Source of the DNA: an uncultured Actinomycetota bacterium
Lineage (GTDB): Bacteria; Actinomycetota; Actinomycetes; Actinomycetales; Demequinaceae
DNA length: 64,000 nucleotides
Direction: 5' to 3'
Assembly (NCBI GenBank): GCA_963830335.1
Contig: CAWHLX010000006.1
Coordinates: forward strand, 237,347 to 301,346
A model generated the notes under the pieces. The model ran no database searches, was not told where the DNA came from, and saw nothing but the letters and a program-made list of their open reading frames with translations. Shown piece by piece: positions 1 to 9,374 of this stretch. The position numbers and the translations under genes were made by a program. Each line of letters opens with the position of its first letter. Positions within the stretch are counted from its first letter, which is position 1.

Positions 1-858
1 TCGATCGACCCGGTAACCGGCGCGAGCGTCGGGCTCAACCTCACGCGCGCGAGCCTCGACGCCGCGTGCAAGTACCCGTGGCGACGCGCCGATGCCCCCG
101 CACGTCTCTCCGCGAGGCCCACCACCAAGTTCGGCGTCTACGACGACGACCTCCCGGTGTTCGAGTGGTTTCGCGCGGGCGCCCCGGAGGGGAGCGTCTC
201 CTTCGAGGCGCAGGTGATGGACCTCTCCGACGACATCAGCTACTCCGTCCACGACGTCGAGGACTCCGTGGTCTACAACCACGTCTCGCTCGGAGTGCTC
301 CGCGACCCGGGCGTCCTCCGCGCCGTCGTCAACCACGCGCGCGAGTGGTACGGGCGCGGCGAGGAGGAGGAACTGCTCGCGGCGTTCGAGCGCCTCACGG
401 CACTTCCCGTGTGGGTCCCCGAGTTCGACGGCTCCCACAGGGCGCTCGCGAACCTGAAGGACCTCACGAGCGAGCTCATCGGCCGCTTCTGCGGGGCGGT
501 CACGGACGCCACCCGTGCCGCGTACGGCGACGGTCCCTTCACCCGCCACGGCGCGAGCCTCGTCATCCCGCCGGACACCGCGGCGGAGATCCTCGTCCTC
601 AAGGGGGTCGCGGTCCACTTCCTCATGGCGCCGCGCGACAACTCCAAGTCCCACGTCGCCCAGCGGCAACGCCTTGGGGAACTGGTCCTCGCCATTGCCG
701 ACCGTGGCGAAGACTCGCTCGAGCCCCACTTCGCCGCCTCGTGGCGAGGCGCCGCCGACGACGACGCGAGATTCCGCGTGGCCGTGGACCAGGTCGCGTC
801 GCTCACCGACAAGTCGGCCTACAACCTCCACCACAAATTGGTCACCCCGAAGGGCTAA
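1..858 (+). CDS. dgt: dGTPase-family (deoxyguanosinetriphosphate triphosphohydrolase-like) protein, 5' end cut by window edge
   Basis: Frame 1 is open from nt 1. The C-terminal part carries the dGTPase-family motif VMDLSDDISYSVHDVEDS. It lies upstream of dnaG, as in other actinobacteria. Confidence 0.85.
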   Translation, partial: SIDPVTGASVGLNLTRASLDAACKYPWRRADAPARLSARPTTKFGVYDDDLPVFEWFRAGAPEGSVSFEAQVMDLSDDISYSVHDVEDSVVYNHVSLGVLRDPGVLRAVVNHAREWYGRGEEEELLAAFERLTALPVWVPEFDGSHRALANLKDLTSELIGRFCGAVTDATRAAYGDGPFTRHGASLVIPPDTAAEILVLKGVAVHFLMAPRDNSKSHVAQRQRLGELVLAIADRGEDSLEPHFAASWRGAADDDARFRVAVDQVASLTDKSAYNLHHKLVTPKG

Positions 859-986
859 CGGGTACCCAACGAAAGCCGCTCGGGCTCCGTTCTTGTGCCA
901 CAGTTTGGAAACGGGACAGTCAGGAAGCGGGGATTCGGCGCGCCCGTGCGTCGATAGGCCCGTCCGGTGCGAGAAGGGTGTCGATC

Positions 987-2342
987 ATGGGGGCAGGGGC
1001 GCAAGACGTAGGTGGAACGGCCGCAACTCGGACGGCATGGGCGAAGCTCGCGCTCGCCGTCAGCCTGGCCGCCCTTCTCACGGGATGCTGGAACGGCTCC
1101 GGGCCAAGTTCGTCGGTGAACGCGACGGCGAACCCCACGGCGACCGGCGCCTCGTCCCCCGGGGCCACGACGGCGCCCCTCGGCCTCGCTGCCCCTGGGC
1201 AGGTCACCGTCGACCCGTCACTCCCCGACGCCCTTCCCCTTCCCGCAGGGATCTGGTCGCGGACGGCTCCCGGATGGGTCCTTGCCACCTACGCGCCGCA
1301 CGTCGCATGGTGGTCGAACGACACGCAGTCACTCGACGTGACGGTGACGAAGCACGTGGTCTACCTCGTGAGCCCCGAGGGGCAGCGCTACCAGGTGCTT
1401 GAACTCGATCCCTACCGAGTCATCCAAATCGAGTCGTGGAGGGCGGGCGAGACCACCGCGATTATCCGCGAGGGTTCGGTCACCGATGGCACCGCTCCCT
1501 TGACCATCGCGCTCCTCGATCTCACCTCGGGCGACATCGCCCCATACGCGACCCCATTCTCGGACGGACTCGTGGAGATGAACTTCCCTGGCTCGGCGCG
1601 CGTGTGGGACACCAGCGAGCCCGGCGCCTACGTTGAGCGCGACGGCGCGTTCGTCCCGCTAACCGAGGGGTGGCACGCGATCTACAACTGGCCGGCCACC
1701 CGGGCGCTCGACGCGAACTGGATCGTGGTCGCCCAGACAAGCCCAGGCGAAAGCGGCGAGTCTCGCACGGGCCTCTTCTCTCTCGCCACGAACGGCGTGA
1801 AGAGGCTCCCCGAGCTCGACGCTCTCGGTTCCTGCTACCCGCTCGGACCGGTGGCCCAGGGCCACTTCGCGGTCTCCTGCTACTCCGGCACCGATGCGAC
1901 CGTCCGGCACTTCGACGTCGATGCCGCCTCGGGCGCCGTCACCGCGGACCCCGCCGTGGAGCCGCCGGACGACGCCGTCCGTGTCGACCATGAAATCTGG
2001 ATCTCCCCAGGTGTCTGGGTGGGGAAATTCGGGGTGTTCGAGCCGGAGGCAGACATGTCGAACGACGTCGGCGTCGACGACCACGGGAAGTTGCGGCGGG
2101 TGGTCGCTTTCGATGCCCGCGGAGACTCGTGTCAAACAACGTACATCGCGTCGGTCGTGAACGGGGTCCTCTATCTGCAGGGGCAGCTTGACGGGAACGA
2201 CTCGTTCGTCGCCTCCACCGTTGTGGCGTACGACCTCGCGACCGACACGCAGGTCATTCTCCTCCCGGCGCCTCTGACCGGACCGGGATCGGGAATCGAC
2301 CCGGGCTCGTGGGGGGTCACGTCCTGGGTGGTCGCGCCGTAG
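987..2342 (+). CDS. secreted lipoprotein of unknown function (beta-propeller-like, YLVSPEG motif)
   Basis: An in-frame ATG at 987 inside the 66..2342 ORF gives a signal peptide with lipobox ALLTGC. The upstream part of the long ORF overlaps dgt and is Arg/Pro-rich GC artefact. Confidence 0.7.
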   Translation: MGAGAQDVGGTAATRTAWAKLALAVSLAALLTGCWNGSGPSSSVNATANPTATGASSPGATTAPLGLAAPGQVTVDPSLPDALPLPAGIWSRTAPGWVLATYAPHVAWWSNDTQSLDVTVTKHVVYLVSPEGQRYQVLELDPYRVIQIESWRAGETTAIIREGSVTDGTAPLTIALLDLTSGDIAPYATPFSDGLVEMNFPGSARVWDTSEPGAYVERDGAFVPLTEGWHAIYNWPATRALDANWIVVAQTSPGESGESRTGLFSLATNGVKRLPELDALGSCYPLGPVAQGHFAVSCYSGTDATVRHFDVDAASGAVTADPAVEPPDDAVRVDHEIWISPGVWVGKFGVFEPEADMSNDVGVDDHGKLRRVVAFDARGDSCQTTYIASVVNGVLYLQGQLDGNDSFVASTVVAYDLATDTQVILLPAPLTGPGSGIDPGSWGVTSWVVAP

Positions 2343-2369
2343 GTCGGGCGAAGGCCCTGCGTCGGCGCG

Positions 2370-3491
2370 CTACTTGTACTCGACCTGGCCCGCCCAGATC
2401 ACCGAGTAGGCGAGCGGGCCTGCCGGGTTCCAGGTGGAGCCGACCACGGCGTACGCGTCGACGCCCCCGGCGGGCGCGGCACCGCACCACGTGACCGACT
2501 CCAGCCGCCCGAGCCCGAAGTCGCGCACCGCGTCGACGGTGCCCGTCGTGGCGCTGACCTCGTTCAGGGTGATGTCCAGCGGCATCGAGCCATCCTGCGA
2601 GCCCAACTCCGCGTGCCCGATGACGACGCCATCCCGGACGAGCACGGCCCCGAAGGCGAGGTCGAGGTAACCCGGAAGGTCCGTGAAGGTTCCGCTCCCG
2701 GCGATGTCGCCTCCGTTCGCCACGATGTCGTAGTCGGCCTGGACCCCGCCGCTGTAGAGACCCGTGTCCGGGTCGTACACCGTCGCGGCCGCGAGGGCCT
2801 CCGACCGGTAGCTGAGCGCCACCCAGAAGGTCCCAGCCGGAACAGGGGACTCGAGTCCTCCGGTGGCGAGGAGGTCCCGCAGGCCAAGGAAGACGTCGCC
2901 GGGCTGGCCGGAGTATGACGGATCGAGGAACGTCGGGTAGGGGGTGTCGGGCCGCAGGATGCGCGCCGAGGCTTCGTCGAAGAGCGGGTCGACGTAGGTG
3001 CCGGCAATGGGCGCACCGCAGCCGATGCCGGCTGGGGCAGTCGGCGAGGAGGAGGGCGCCGCAGCCCCGGTCACCAAGCGCAGGATGGCGTCCTCGTTGA
3101 CGACTCCCGCCGCGGGGCCGGTCGGGAGCGGCGGGATCACGGTGCCCTGGCTGCGCCACAAGTCCAGTGGTGCCGCGGTCGGTGCGGGCGAGGGCGAGAC
3201 GTCGGGCGAGGGGCCGGGTACCGGTCCGGCATTCGAGCCCGTCGGGGACGGCGATACGGCTGGCGCCTGCGCGAACGGCAAGTGCGCCACCGCATTCGCG
3301 CCGATAGCAAGCACCGTGACGGACGCGACCGTCCCGCCGGCGATCGCGACCGCTCGTGCCGCCCGGCGCCTCGTCACCCGTCGGGACACCCCGGCGAAGT
3401 AGCGCGACTCGAAACTCGTACCCGACCCCATGGTCGACGCATGCTCGTCGTACCCGTGGACCAGCAACTCCCTCAGACTGTCATTCGGCAT
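2370..3491 (-). CDS. membrane-anchored protein, putative anti-sigma factor co-transcribed with the ECF sigma
   Basis: The ATG at 3491 is preceded by GGGAGCG and lies 9 nt after the sigma stop codon. There is a short N-terminal cytoplasmic part, one TM helix (AVAIAGGTVASVTVLAIGANAV) and a Pro/Ser-rich linker followed by an extracytoplasmic domain. No zinc-binding HxxxCxxC motif is present. Confidence 0.55.
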   Translation of the reverse strand: MPNDSLRELLVHGYDEHASTMGSGTSFESRYFAGVSRRVTRRRAARAVAIAGGTVASVTVLAIGANAVAHLPFAQAPAVSPSPTGSNAGPVPGPSPDVSPSPAPTAAPLDLWRSQGTVIPPLPTGPAAGVVNEDAILRLVTGAAAPSSSPTAPAGIGCGAPIAGTYVDPLFDEASARILRPDTPYPTFLDPSYSGQPGDVFLGLRDLLATGGLESPVPAGTFWVALSYRSEALAAATVYDPDTGLYSGGVQADYDIVANGGDIAGSGTFTDLPGYLDLAFGAVLVRDGVVIGHAELGSQDGSMPLDITLNEVSATTGTVDAVRDFGLGRLESVTWCGAAPAGGVDAYAVVGSTWNPAGPLAYSVIWAGQVEYK

Positions 3492-3500
3492 GATCGCTCC

Positions 3501-4043
3501 CTAGGGGGTAATGCGGCTCGTAGGCGCCACGACGTCGGCGCGCTCGGGAGCGCTCCGCCAGTCGGCGTCGATGGACAGGTGCTCGGACAAGCGCGAGGAG
3601 GCGTCCGAAAGGTAGCGCTTGACGGTGCCATCACTGATCCCCAGCCGGGAGGCGATTTGGGGCACCGTCATGTCATCGAAGAACCGGAGCACGATGCACG
3701 TGCGCTCTCGGGGGGAGAGCTGGTGCAAGGCGCGGCGGACATCGACCTTGGCGTCAATGTCGACCGTGTGGGGCGCGTGGTCGACGGATCGGCGAACCGC
3801 GCGACGGGTCGACGACGACGCCCTCGCCCGGTCGATGAAGACGCAGGGGATCGCCTTGCGGACATAGGCGTCGGCCGCCGCGACGTTCTCGAACGAGCGA
3901 CCGCGACTGAACGACCGGATCAGGGCCTCCTGGACCACGTCCTCGGCGTCGGCGACGTTCCCCGTGTACAGGCCCGCGTACGCAACGAGCAGGTGGGAGC
4001 GCTCGCGCATCACCTGCGCCAGCAGCGGTTGCCACGCGGCCAT
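3501..4043 (-). CDS. ECF-type sigma-70 family RNA polymerase sigma factor
   Basis: Region 2 (DAEDVVQEALIR) and region 4 HTH (MTVPQIASRLGISDGTVKRYLSDA) are recognisable. The start at ATG 4043 has a strong GGAGGTGGA RBS; the ORF-track start at 4067 is less likely. Confidence 0.85.
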   Translation of the reverse strand: MAAWQPLLAQVMRERSHLLVAYAGLYTGNVADAEDVVQEALIRSFSRGRSFENVAAADAYVRKAIPCVFIDRARASSSTRRAVRRSVDHAPHTVDIDAKVDVRRALHQLSPRERTCIVLRFFDDMTVPQIASRLGISDGTVKRYLSDASSRLSEHLSIDADWRSAPERADVVAPTSRITP

Positions 4044-4119
4044 TCCACCTCCAACGCTCGGACGCACCTGTCAAACGGAGGCCACGGAGCAATCGTTGGG
4101 GTCTCGCACCCCGCGTGAG

Positions 4120-4686
4120 TCAGCCTTCGTGGGCGTCCTTCTTGTGATCTCCCGCCAACTTGGCCTCGGCGTCGATGACCTCGGCCTCGCCCTCGGCCAC
4201 CATGAACTCGTCGCGCGTGGAGTTGCCCACCACCTCCCGCGTGAAGCCAGCGACTTCTTCGGCGACGGCCTTGATCGTGTCCGTCGCGCTCACGGCGCCT
4301 GTCCCCGTCGCCTTCCGCGCCCTGATGAGCGTCCACAGAGCGATCGGCGGGAGGATCAGCGGGATCCATCCGTACCCGGAGCCGTACCCCGACCACACCG
4401 TCTGGTCGGGCCAGAGGTTGGGATCGAGGATGCCCCAGGTCCCGACCGCGAGCACCCCGAATAGCTCCACGGCGGTCCCGACGAGCGCGACCGTGCGCCA
4501 TCGCGTCGTCGCGCGCCAGAGCGCGAACGCGATCACGCCGTAGATGAGGGCCGCGACGGCGGAGAGCCAGTATGCGAGCGGCGCCTCTGAGGCCTTCGTG
4601 GTCAGCTGCACGCTCGAGCGCCCGGCTGCGGCGAGGAAGAGGATCGCGTAGGTAACGAGCAAGGCCAGGCGGGGCAGGGGCTTCAT
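4120..4686 (-). CDS. hypothetical integral membrane protein with acidic soluble C-terminal tail
   Basis: A 188-aa ORF with about four hydrophobic helices, high GC3, and the same strand and tight spacing as its neighbours. Confidence 0.55.
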   Translation of the reverse strand: MKPLPRLALLVTYAILFLAAAGRSSVQLTTKASEAPLAYWLSAVAALIYGVIAFALWRATTRWRTVALVGTAVELFGVLAVGTWGILDPNLWPDQTVWSGYGSGYGWIPLILPPIALWTLIRARKATGTGAVSATDTIKAVAEEVAGFTREVVGNSTRDEFMVAEGEAEVIDAEAKLAGDHKKDAHEG

Positions 4687-4695
4687 ATCGCGACC

Positions 4696-5148
4696 CTAGC
4701 CCGCTAGCAGGATGGTGTTAAGCCGCCACGCGACCACCGCGAGAGCGACGCCGACGACCATCGCCGCCATCCCGTCGGCTTGCACCATCTGGCGCGGGCT
4801 CAGGACGGGCTGCTCCGGGTCGCGGGTTTGGCCGGGCGCAGGAGGGGCGCCGAAGCGGCTGATGCCGAGGAGCGCGAGCACGGCGACCGCGGCGACCAGG
4901 TAGCCGATGGTCATCACCATCGGCGGGTGGGTGACGCCGGCGCCCAGGAGCGCGCCGATCGCGATGATCTCGATTCCCGTGGCGCCACGCGCCACCCATG
5001 CGGCGACGATCAGGAGGCGCGCGAAGCGCACGGGATTCTGGGTGGGAGCAGTCCGGGTCGCAACGAGGTAGGCCAGCGCGCCCGCCGCGAGGACCGCGGC
5101 CATTGCCAGGAGCACCGCCGGGTACACCACGTCGCTGAAGGCCCTCAT
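4696..5148 (-). CDS. hypothetical integral membrane protein
   Basis: A 150-aa ORF that is hydrophobic throughout (4 predicted helices), 9 nt upstream of the next gene. Confidence 0.55.
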   Translation of the reverse strand: MRAFSDVVYPAVLLAMAAVLAAGALAYLVATRTAPTQNPVRFARLLIVAAWVARGATGIEIIAIGALLGAGVTHPPMVMTIGYLVAAVAVLALLGISRFGAPPAPGQTRDPEQPVLSPRQMVQADGMAAMVVGVALAVVAWRLNTILLAG

Positions 5149-5177
5149 TGCGTCGTCCGCTCGGCAGCCCCGGGGCT

Positions 5178-5627
5178 CTAGCCCCGCTGCTCCTGGACGC
5201 GCATGGGGAGGCGGGTCGCCTCCTCGCCGTCGATGGTGATGACCCAGGAGAACATCCCCGGCGCCTCGAACCGCATCCCGTCAATGGTGAACGCGAAGCA
5301 CGCGATCTGTTCGTCGCCGTCCACGAGCTGCGGAGGCCGGCCGAGCGTGAACTCGCCCCCCATCGCCGTGACGGGGACTGGCTGGCCCCCGGCGTCGGCG
5401 CGCATGCCAATCGGGTGATCGGCGCCGTCCTCGGTCACCAGGCGAATCTCGAACTTGTGAGCGGTGTTCGTATCGGTGAAGGGAACGTGCACGGTCGCGG
5501 CTAGCGTGAGGCGCCGGTGGATGACGGGGAAGTTGCGCGCGAAGATCGTGTTCCAGCCCGCGCCGAGCGCGTAGATCTTGTTGTTGATGACATCGGCGGA
5601 ATCCGCCAGGAACGCATCGACTCTCAC
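5178..5627 (-). CDS. conserved hypothetical soluble protein
   Basis: A 149-aa ORF with balanced non-repetitive composition and high GC3. I recognise no catalytic motif. Confidence 0.55.
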   Translation of the reverse strand: MRVDAFLADSADVINNKIYALGAGWNTIFARNFPVIHRRLTLAATVHVPFTDTNTAHKFEIRLVTEDGADHPIGMRADAGGQPVPVTAMGGEFTLGRPPQLVDGDEQIACFAFTIDGMRFEAPGMFSWVITIDGEEATRLPMRVQEQRG

Positions 5628-5695
5628 GGTGACCCTTTCGCTCGTGCCTCAGCCTATCTCGGGCGCATAGGGTGTGACTGGGCCCAAGGAGAGAC

Positions 5696-7606
5696 ATGGC
5701 AGGAACGATCAATCGCGACGACATCGCGGCCGTGCGCGAGAAAGCTCCGCTCGAGGACATCGTCCGCGAGCGCGTCGCTCTCAAGCAGGCCGGCGTCGGA
5801 TCCCTCAAAGGCCTCTGCCCCTTCCACGACGAGAAGTCGCCGTCGTTCCACGTTCGCCCCATGCAGGGCCACTGGCATTGCTTCGGTTGCGGCGAGGGCG
5901 GGGACGTCATCGCCTTCATCATGAAGGCCGACGGATTGCCCTTCGCCGACGCCGTGGAATACCTCGCGGGGCGCGCGGGGGTGACGCTCCGGTACGAGTC
6001 GGGCGGGGCGCGCGGCTCGACCGACGGCGGGGGCAGCCGCAAGCGCATGCTCGAGGCGCACCGCGTCGCGGCGGAATTCTTCGTCGAGCAACTGCTGTCG
6101 CCCGAGGCGAAGACGGGCCGCGATTTCCTGACGGGGCGCGGGTTCGGCAAGGAGGCGGCCGCTCAGTTTGGGGTCGGGTACGCGCCTAAGGGATGGTCCG
6201 CGCTCCTAGACCACCTGCGCGGGAAGGGGTTCACGGAGCCCGAGATCGAGGCCTCCGGCCTGGTCTCGCGGGGCCAGAGCGCGTCGGGCCAGAGCGCCCG
6301 CCTCTACGACCGATTCCGGGGCCGACTCGTCTGGCCTATTCGCGCCGTGACGGGCGAGGTCGTGGGATTCGGCGCCCGCAAGCTCTACGAGGACGACGAT
6401 GGACCCAAGTACCTCAACACGCCAGAGACCGCGCTCTACAAGAAGTCGCAGGTGCTTTACGGCCTCGACCTCGCCAAGAGGGACATCGCGTCCACGCATC
6501 GCGTCGTCGTCGTGGAGGGCTACACCGACGTCATGGCGTGCCACCTTGCCGGGGTGACGACGGCGGTCGCGACGTGCGGGACGGCGTTCGGCGAGGAGCA
6601 CGCCAAGGTGCTGCGGCGCCTGCTGGGGGGCGACGCGGGCGCTCCGACCAAGGTCGGTGGCTCGCGCGGCGAGGTGATCTTCACCTTCGACGCCGACGAC
6701 GCGGGTCAGAACGCCGCGCTCAAGGCGTTCCAGCTCGACGCGACGTTCCTTTCCCAGACGTTCGTCGCCGTCGGGCCGGACGGCCTGGACCCGTGCGACC
6801 TGCGGCTCCGCGATGGGGATGCGGCCGTCGAGGCGCTCGTCGAGGCGCGCGTCCCGCTCTACGAGTTCGTCATCAAGTCGGCGCTCGCGGGCAACGACCT
6901 CGAGACGCCCGAGGGTCGCGTCTCGGCGCTCCGCGCGGCCGCCCCCGTCGTCGCCGGGATCCGGGACGGCGCCATCGGCCCCGAGTACGCGCGCCGCCTC
7001 TCCGGGTGGCTCGGGATGGACCCGGCCGAGGTCATGCGGGCCGTCCGCGACGCCGCCCAGGCGCGGAGGGGCACGAAGGCCGCGCCCGGCGCAGGGCAGT
7101 CGAGCGCAGGGCAGTCGGGCGTAGGGCAGCCCGGCCCGGCCGTCGGCCCCGACCCCAGTGATCCCGTGGTTCGCGCCGAGCGTCTCGCGCTCGAGGTGCT
7201 GCTACAGATGCCGGAGAAGGTGGACCCGGCGTGGGCCGCGGGGATCGGTCCGGAGACGTTCACGGTGCCGCAGTACCGCGCGGTGCTCGACGGTATCGCG
7301 GCCGCGGGCGGAATCGCGACGGCGGGCAGCGACTGGGCGAACCGCGTCGCCGACGAGGTGGGGGAGGTGCTCGCCCCGCTCGTGTCCGAGCTCATCGTCT
7401 CGACGATCCCGCAGGACCGGCCCTCGGAGATGGCGCGCTACGTCAAGAGCGTGCTGTCCCGCGTGCAGGATCTGAGCCTCACGCGGCGCATCGGCGAGGT
7501 CCGCGGGCGGATGCAACGCATCGGCGAGGGAAACGAGGGGTACCAGGAGGCGTTCGCCGAGCTCGTGGCGCTCGAGGGTGAGCGCAGGGGGCACCGGGAG
7601 GAGTAG
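5696..7606 (+). CDS. dnaG: DNA primase
   Basis: Contains the zinc-finger motif CPFHDEKSPSFHVRPMQGHWHCFGCGEGGD and the TOPRIM region VVVVEGYTDVMA. RBS AAGGAGAG precedes the ATG. Confidence 0.95.
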   Translation: MAGTINRDDIAAVREKAPLEDIVRERVALKQAGVGSLKGLCPFHDEKSPSFHVRPMQGHWHCFGCGEGGDVIAFIMKADGLPFADAVEYLAGRAGVTLRYESGGARGSTDGGGSRKRMLEAHRVAAEFFVEQLLSPEAKTGRDFLTGRGFGKEAAAQFGVGYAPKGWSALLDHLRGKGFTEPEIEASGLVSRGQSASGQSARLYDRFRGRLVWPIRAVTGEVVGFGARKLYEDDDGPKYLNTPETALYKKSQVLYGLDLAKRDIASTHRVVVVEGYTDVMACHLAGVTTAVATCGTAFGEEHAKVLRRLLGGDAGAPTKVGGSRGEVIFTFDADDAGQNAALKAFQLDATFLSQTFVAVGPDGLDPCDLRLRDGDAAVEALVEARVPLYEFVIKSALAGNDLETPEGRVSALRAAAPVVAGIRDGAIGPEYARRLSGWLGMDPAEVMRAVRDAAQARRGTKAAPGAGQSSAGQSGVGQPGPAVGPDPSDPVVRAERLALEVLLQMPEKVDPAWAAGIGPETFTVPQYRAVLDGIAAAGGIATAGSDWANRVADEVGEVLAPLVSELIVSTIPQDRPSEMARYVKSVLSRVQDLSLTRRIGEVRGRMQRIGEGNEGYQEAFAELVALEGERRGHREE

Positions 7607-7644
7607 CCCCGCTCAGCATGGTCATCCTGCGCTATGATGGAAAG

Positions 7645-7878
7645 ATGGCAAAGCGCAAGTCGACGATCTACGTGGACGAGGACGTGCTGCGCGCCGCGCG
7701 CGTGTATGCGGCACGTCTCGACATCCGCGACTCGGACGTGGTGGAGAGCGCGCTGCGACGCTTCCTCGGGCTAGAACTGCTCGACCGCGGTTCGGCGATG
7801 TCCGAGGCAGACGCCTACGAGCTGGCTTACACCGAACTGCGCGCCTTCCGTGCCGAGCGCGCGCGATCGTCGAACTAG
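7645..7878 (+). CDS. ribbon-helix-helix (CopG/VapB-like) antitoxin
   Basis: The N-terminus KRKSTIYVDEDVLRAARVYAARLDIRDSDVVESALRRFL is typical of an RHH fold. It ends 9 nt before the PIN gene. The start could instead be 7618. Confidence 0.6.
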   Translation: MAKRKSTIYVDEDVLRAARVYAARLDIRDSDVVESALRRFLGLELLDRGSAMSEADAYELAYTELRAFRAERARSSN

Positions 7879-7887
7879 CGCCGCCCC

Positions 7888-8323
7888 GTGCGTCTCGTTG
7901 TCGACCCAGGGGTCTACATCTCGGCGCTTCTGGCGTCGAACGGTCCGCCCGGGCAACTGATCCGGCGCTGGTTCGACGGCGAGGTTGAGTTCGTCGCCTC
8001 TCCAACGCTTGTCGACGAACTGGCGGAGGTTCTGGCTCGGCCCAAGTTTCGCGCGTGGGTGACGGCGGACGCCGCCAACGCCTTCGTCGCTCTCGTGGCA
8101 TCCACCGTGGTGCGCAGTGCCCGACGCGGCTACCCAACGTGGAGTCTCACCGGATCCCGGCGACGACTACCTCGTCGCGCTCGCGCTGGACCGCCGCGTC
8201 GACGCGCTGGTGACCGGCGATAGGGCGCTGCGGGGCGTGCGCGTCGAGGGCCTCGTGATCCTCACTCCGGTGGAGGCGCTCGGGAAACTCGACGAGATTG
8301 ACCAACCGCGAGCGGATGCTTGA
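7888..8323 (+). pseudogene. PIN-domain toxin (TIGR00305-like), reading frame broken by a +1 shift near 8100-8125
   Basis: The N-terminal half (VRLVVDPGVYISALL...VASPTLVDELAEVLARPKF) is in frame 1. The C-terminal half (DPGDDYLVALALDRRVDALVTGDRAL) is in frame 2. Deleting one C of the CCC run at 8120-8122 joins them. Confidence 0.65.
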
Positions 8324-9374
8324 CGGTTGTCTTCAAAGCGCGGGCGCCTAGGCGCCCGGCAGAACGCGCAGACTAGATTGAGTTCTGGCCGGAGCGCTGC
8401 GGCGGCCATCGTGCTTGGCGTGCTTGGGTTTGCCTGCGCTGCGCACTGAGAGTCCGTTGCGCTCGCCTGGTGCTAGTTGCTCGCTGGTTCAGCGGGGCGC
8501 GCGGCGCGGCTCGCGGTTCGCTCTCGGTTCGGCGGTCGCTCGCTGGTGGGCGCTGCGCTCGCGCCTCGCGTCGTCCTGGCGCGCGTGTCTCCCGCGTCCG
8601 ACGTCGAGCTCGTCGCGCCGTCGCTGCGCGCTGCTCTGGCAGACGCGCGTGGCGCGGCGCTCGCGCCCTGGCGTAGACGTCTTTCCCGATTCGATCCCGG
8701 GCTTCTGAGACCCGCATCCCGGTTCTGGCGACGCTCGCGGGGCTCTCACCCGCTGGCGGTCTTTTCTGCGGCTGCGGTTGTCAGTTCCGACTGGACGGTC
8801 TTCACGCGCCGCCTCTATCTGAGCGCGCCTCTGTGGTTGGTCCGCGACGAGGCGCTCGATGACGCCATCACGGTCCTTCGATCTCTCTCGGTACGGTGAC
8901 TTCGCGCGGCAGGTGGCCGGCGCCTCCAGCTTTTCGCCCGGCTGTCTTATCTCAGTGACGCCGAGCCGAGGTGGTCTGGAGTGATCGCGGGTGTGCGGGC
9001 GGACTTCTCGCCACCCCGCCGTGGTGATCTCTACGAAGCGATTCCCCTGCCAGCGCGATTCGCGCACGTCGTACGTGCGGGCGAGCGCCTGATGGCCGGA
9101 GACGCCCCAGCCCCGGCGGGCTATCCCCGTTCCGGCGACGACTAGCTCTTCCGCTCTGGGCCTGCTGCGCCGCGCTTTGGTGGGGAGTGGCCTCTCGGCC
9201 CTCGGCGTCCTGCCTCGTCTCCCAGCGGTGCTTTTGCTCGTGGGCGCGCTGCAGGCGCGTGCGTAGGCCTTTCTCTCCGATTGTGGGTACGTGAATTGGA
9301 GTACTGGAGATTCATTGCACGGAGCCCTAGCCCGATCCGGAGGCGTGGTCGCGCTCGGGAAGGAGGTTCTCTCC

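Noticed and set aside
66-2342. A 758-aa ORF that would be the largest + strand gene at the window start
   Set aside because: Its first 300 codons overlap dgt out of frame and translate to Arg/Pro-rich junk typical of high-GC off-frames. A proper lipoprotein signal peptide starts at the internal ATG at 987.
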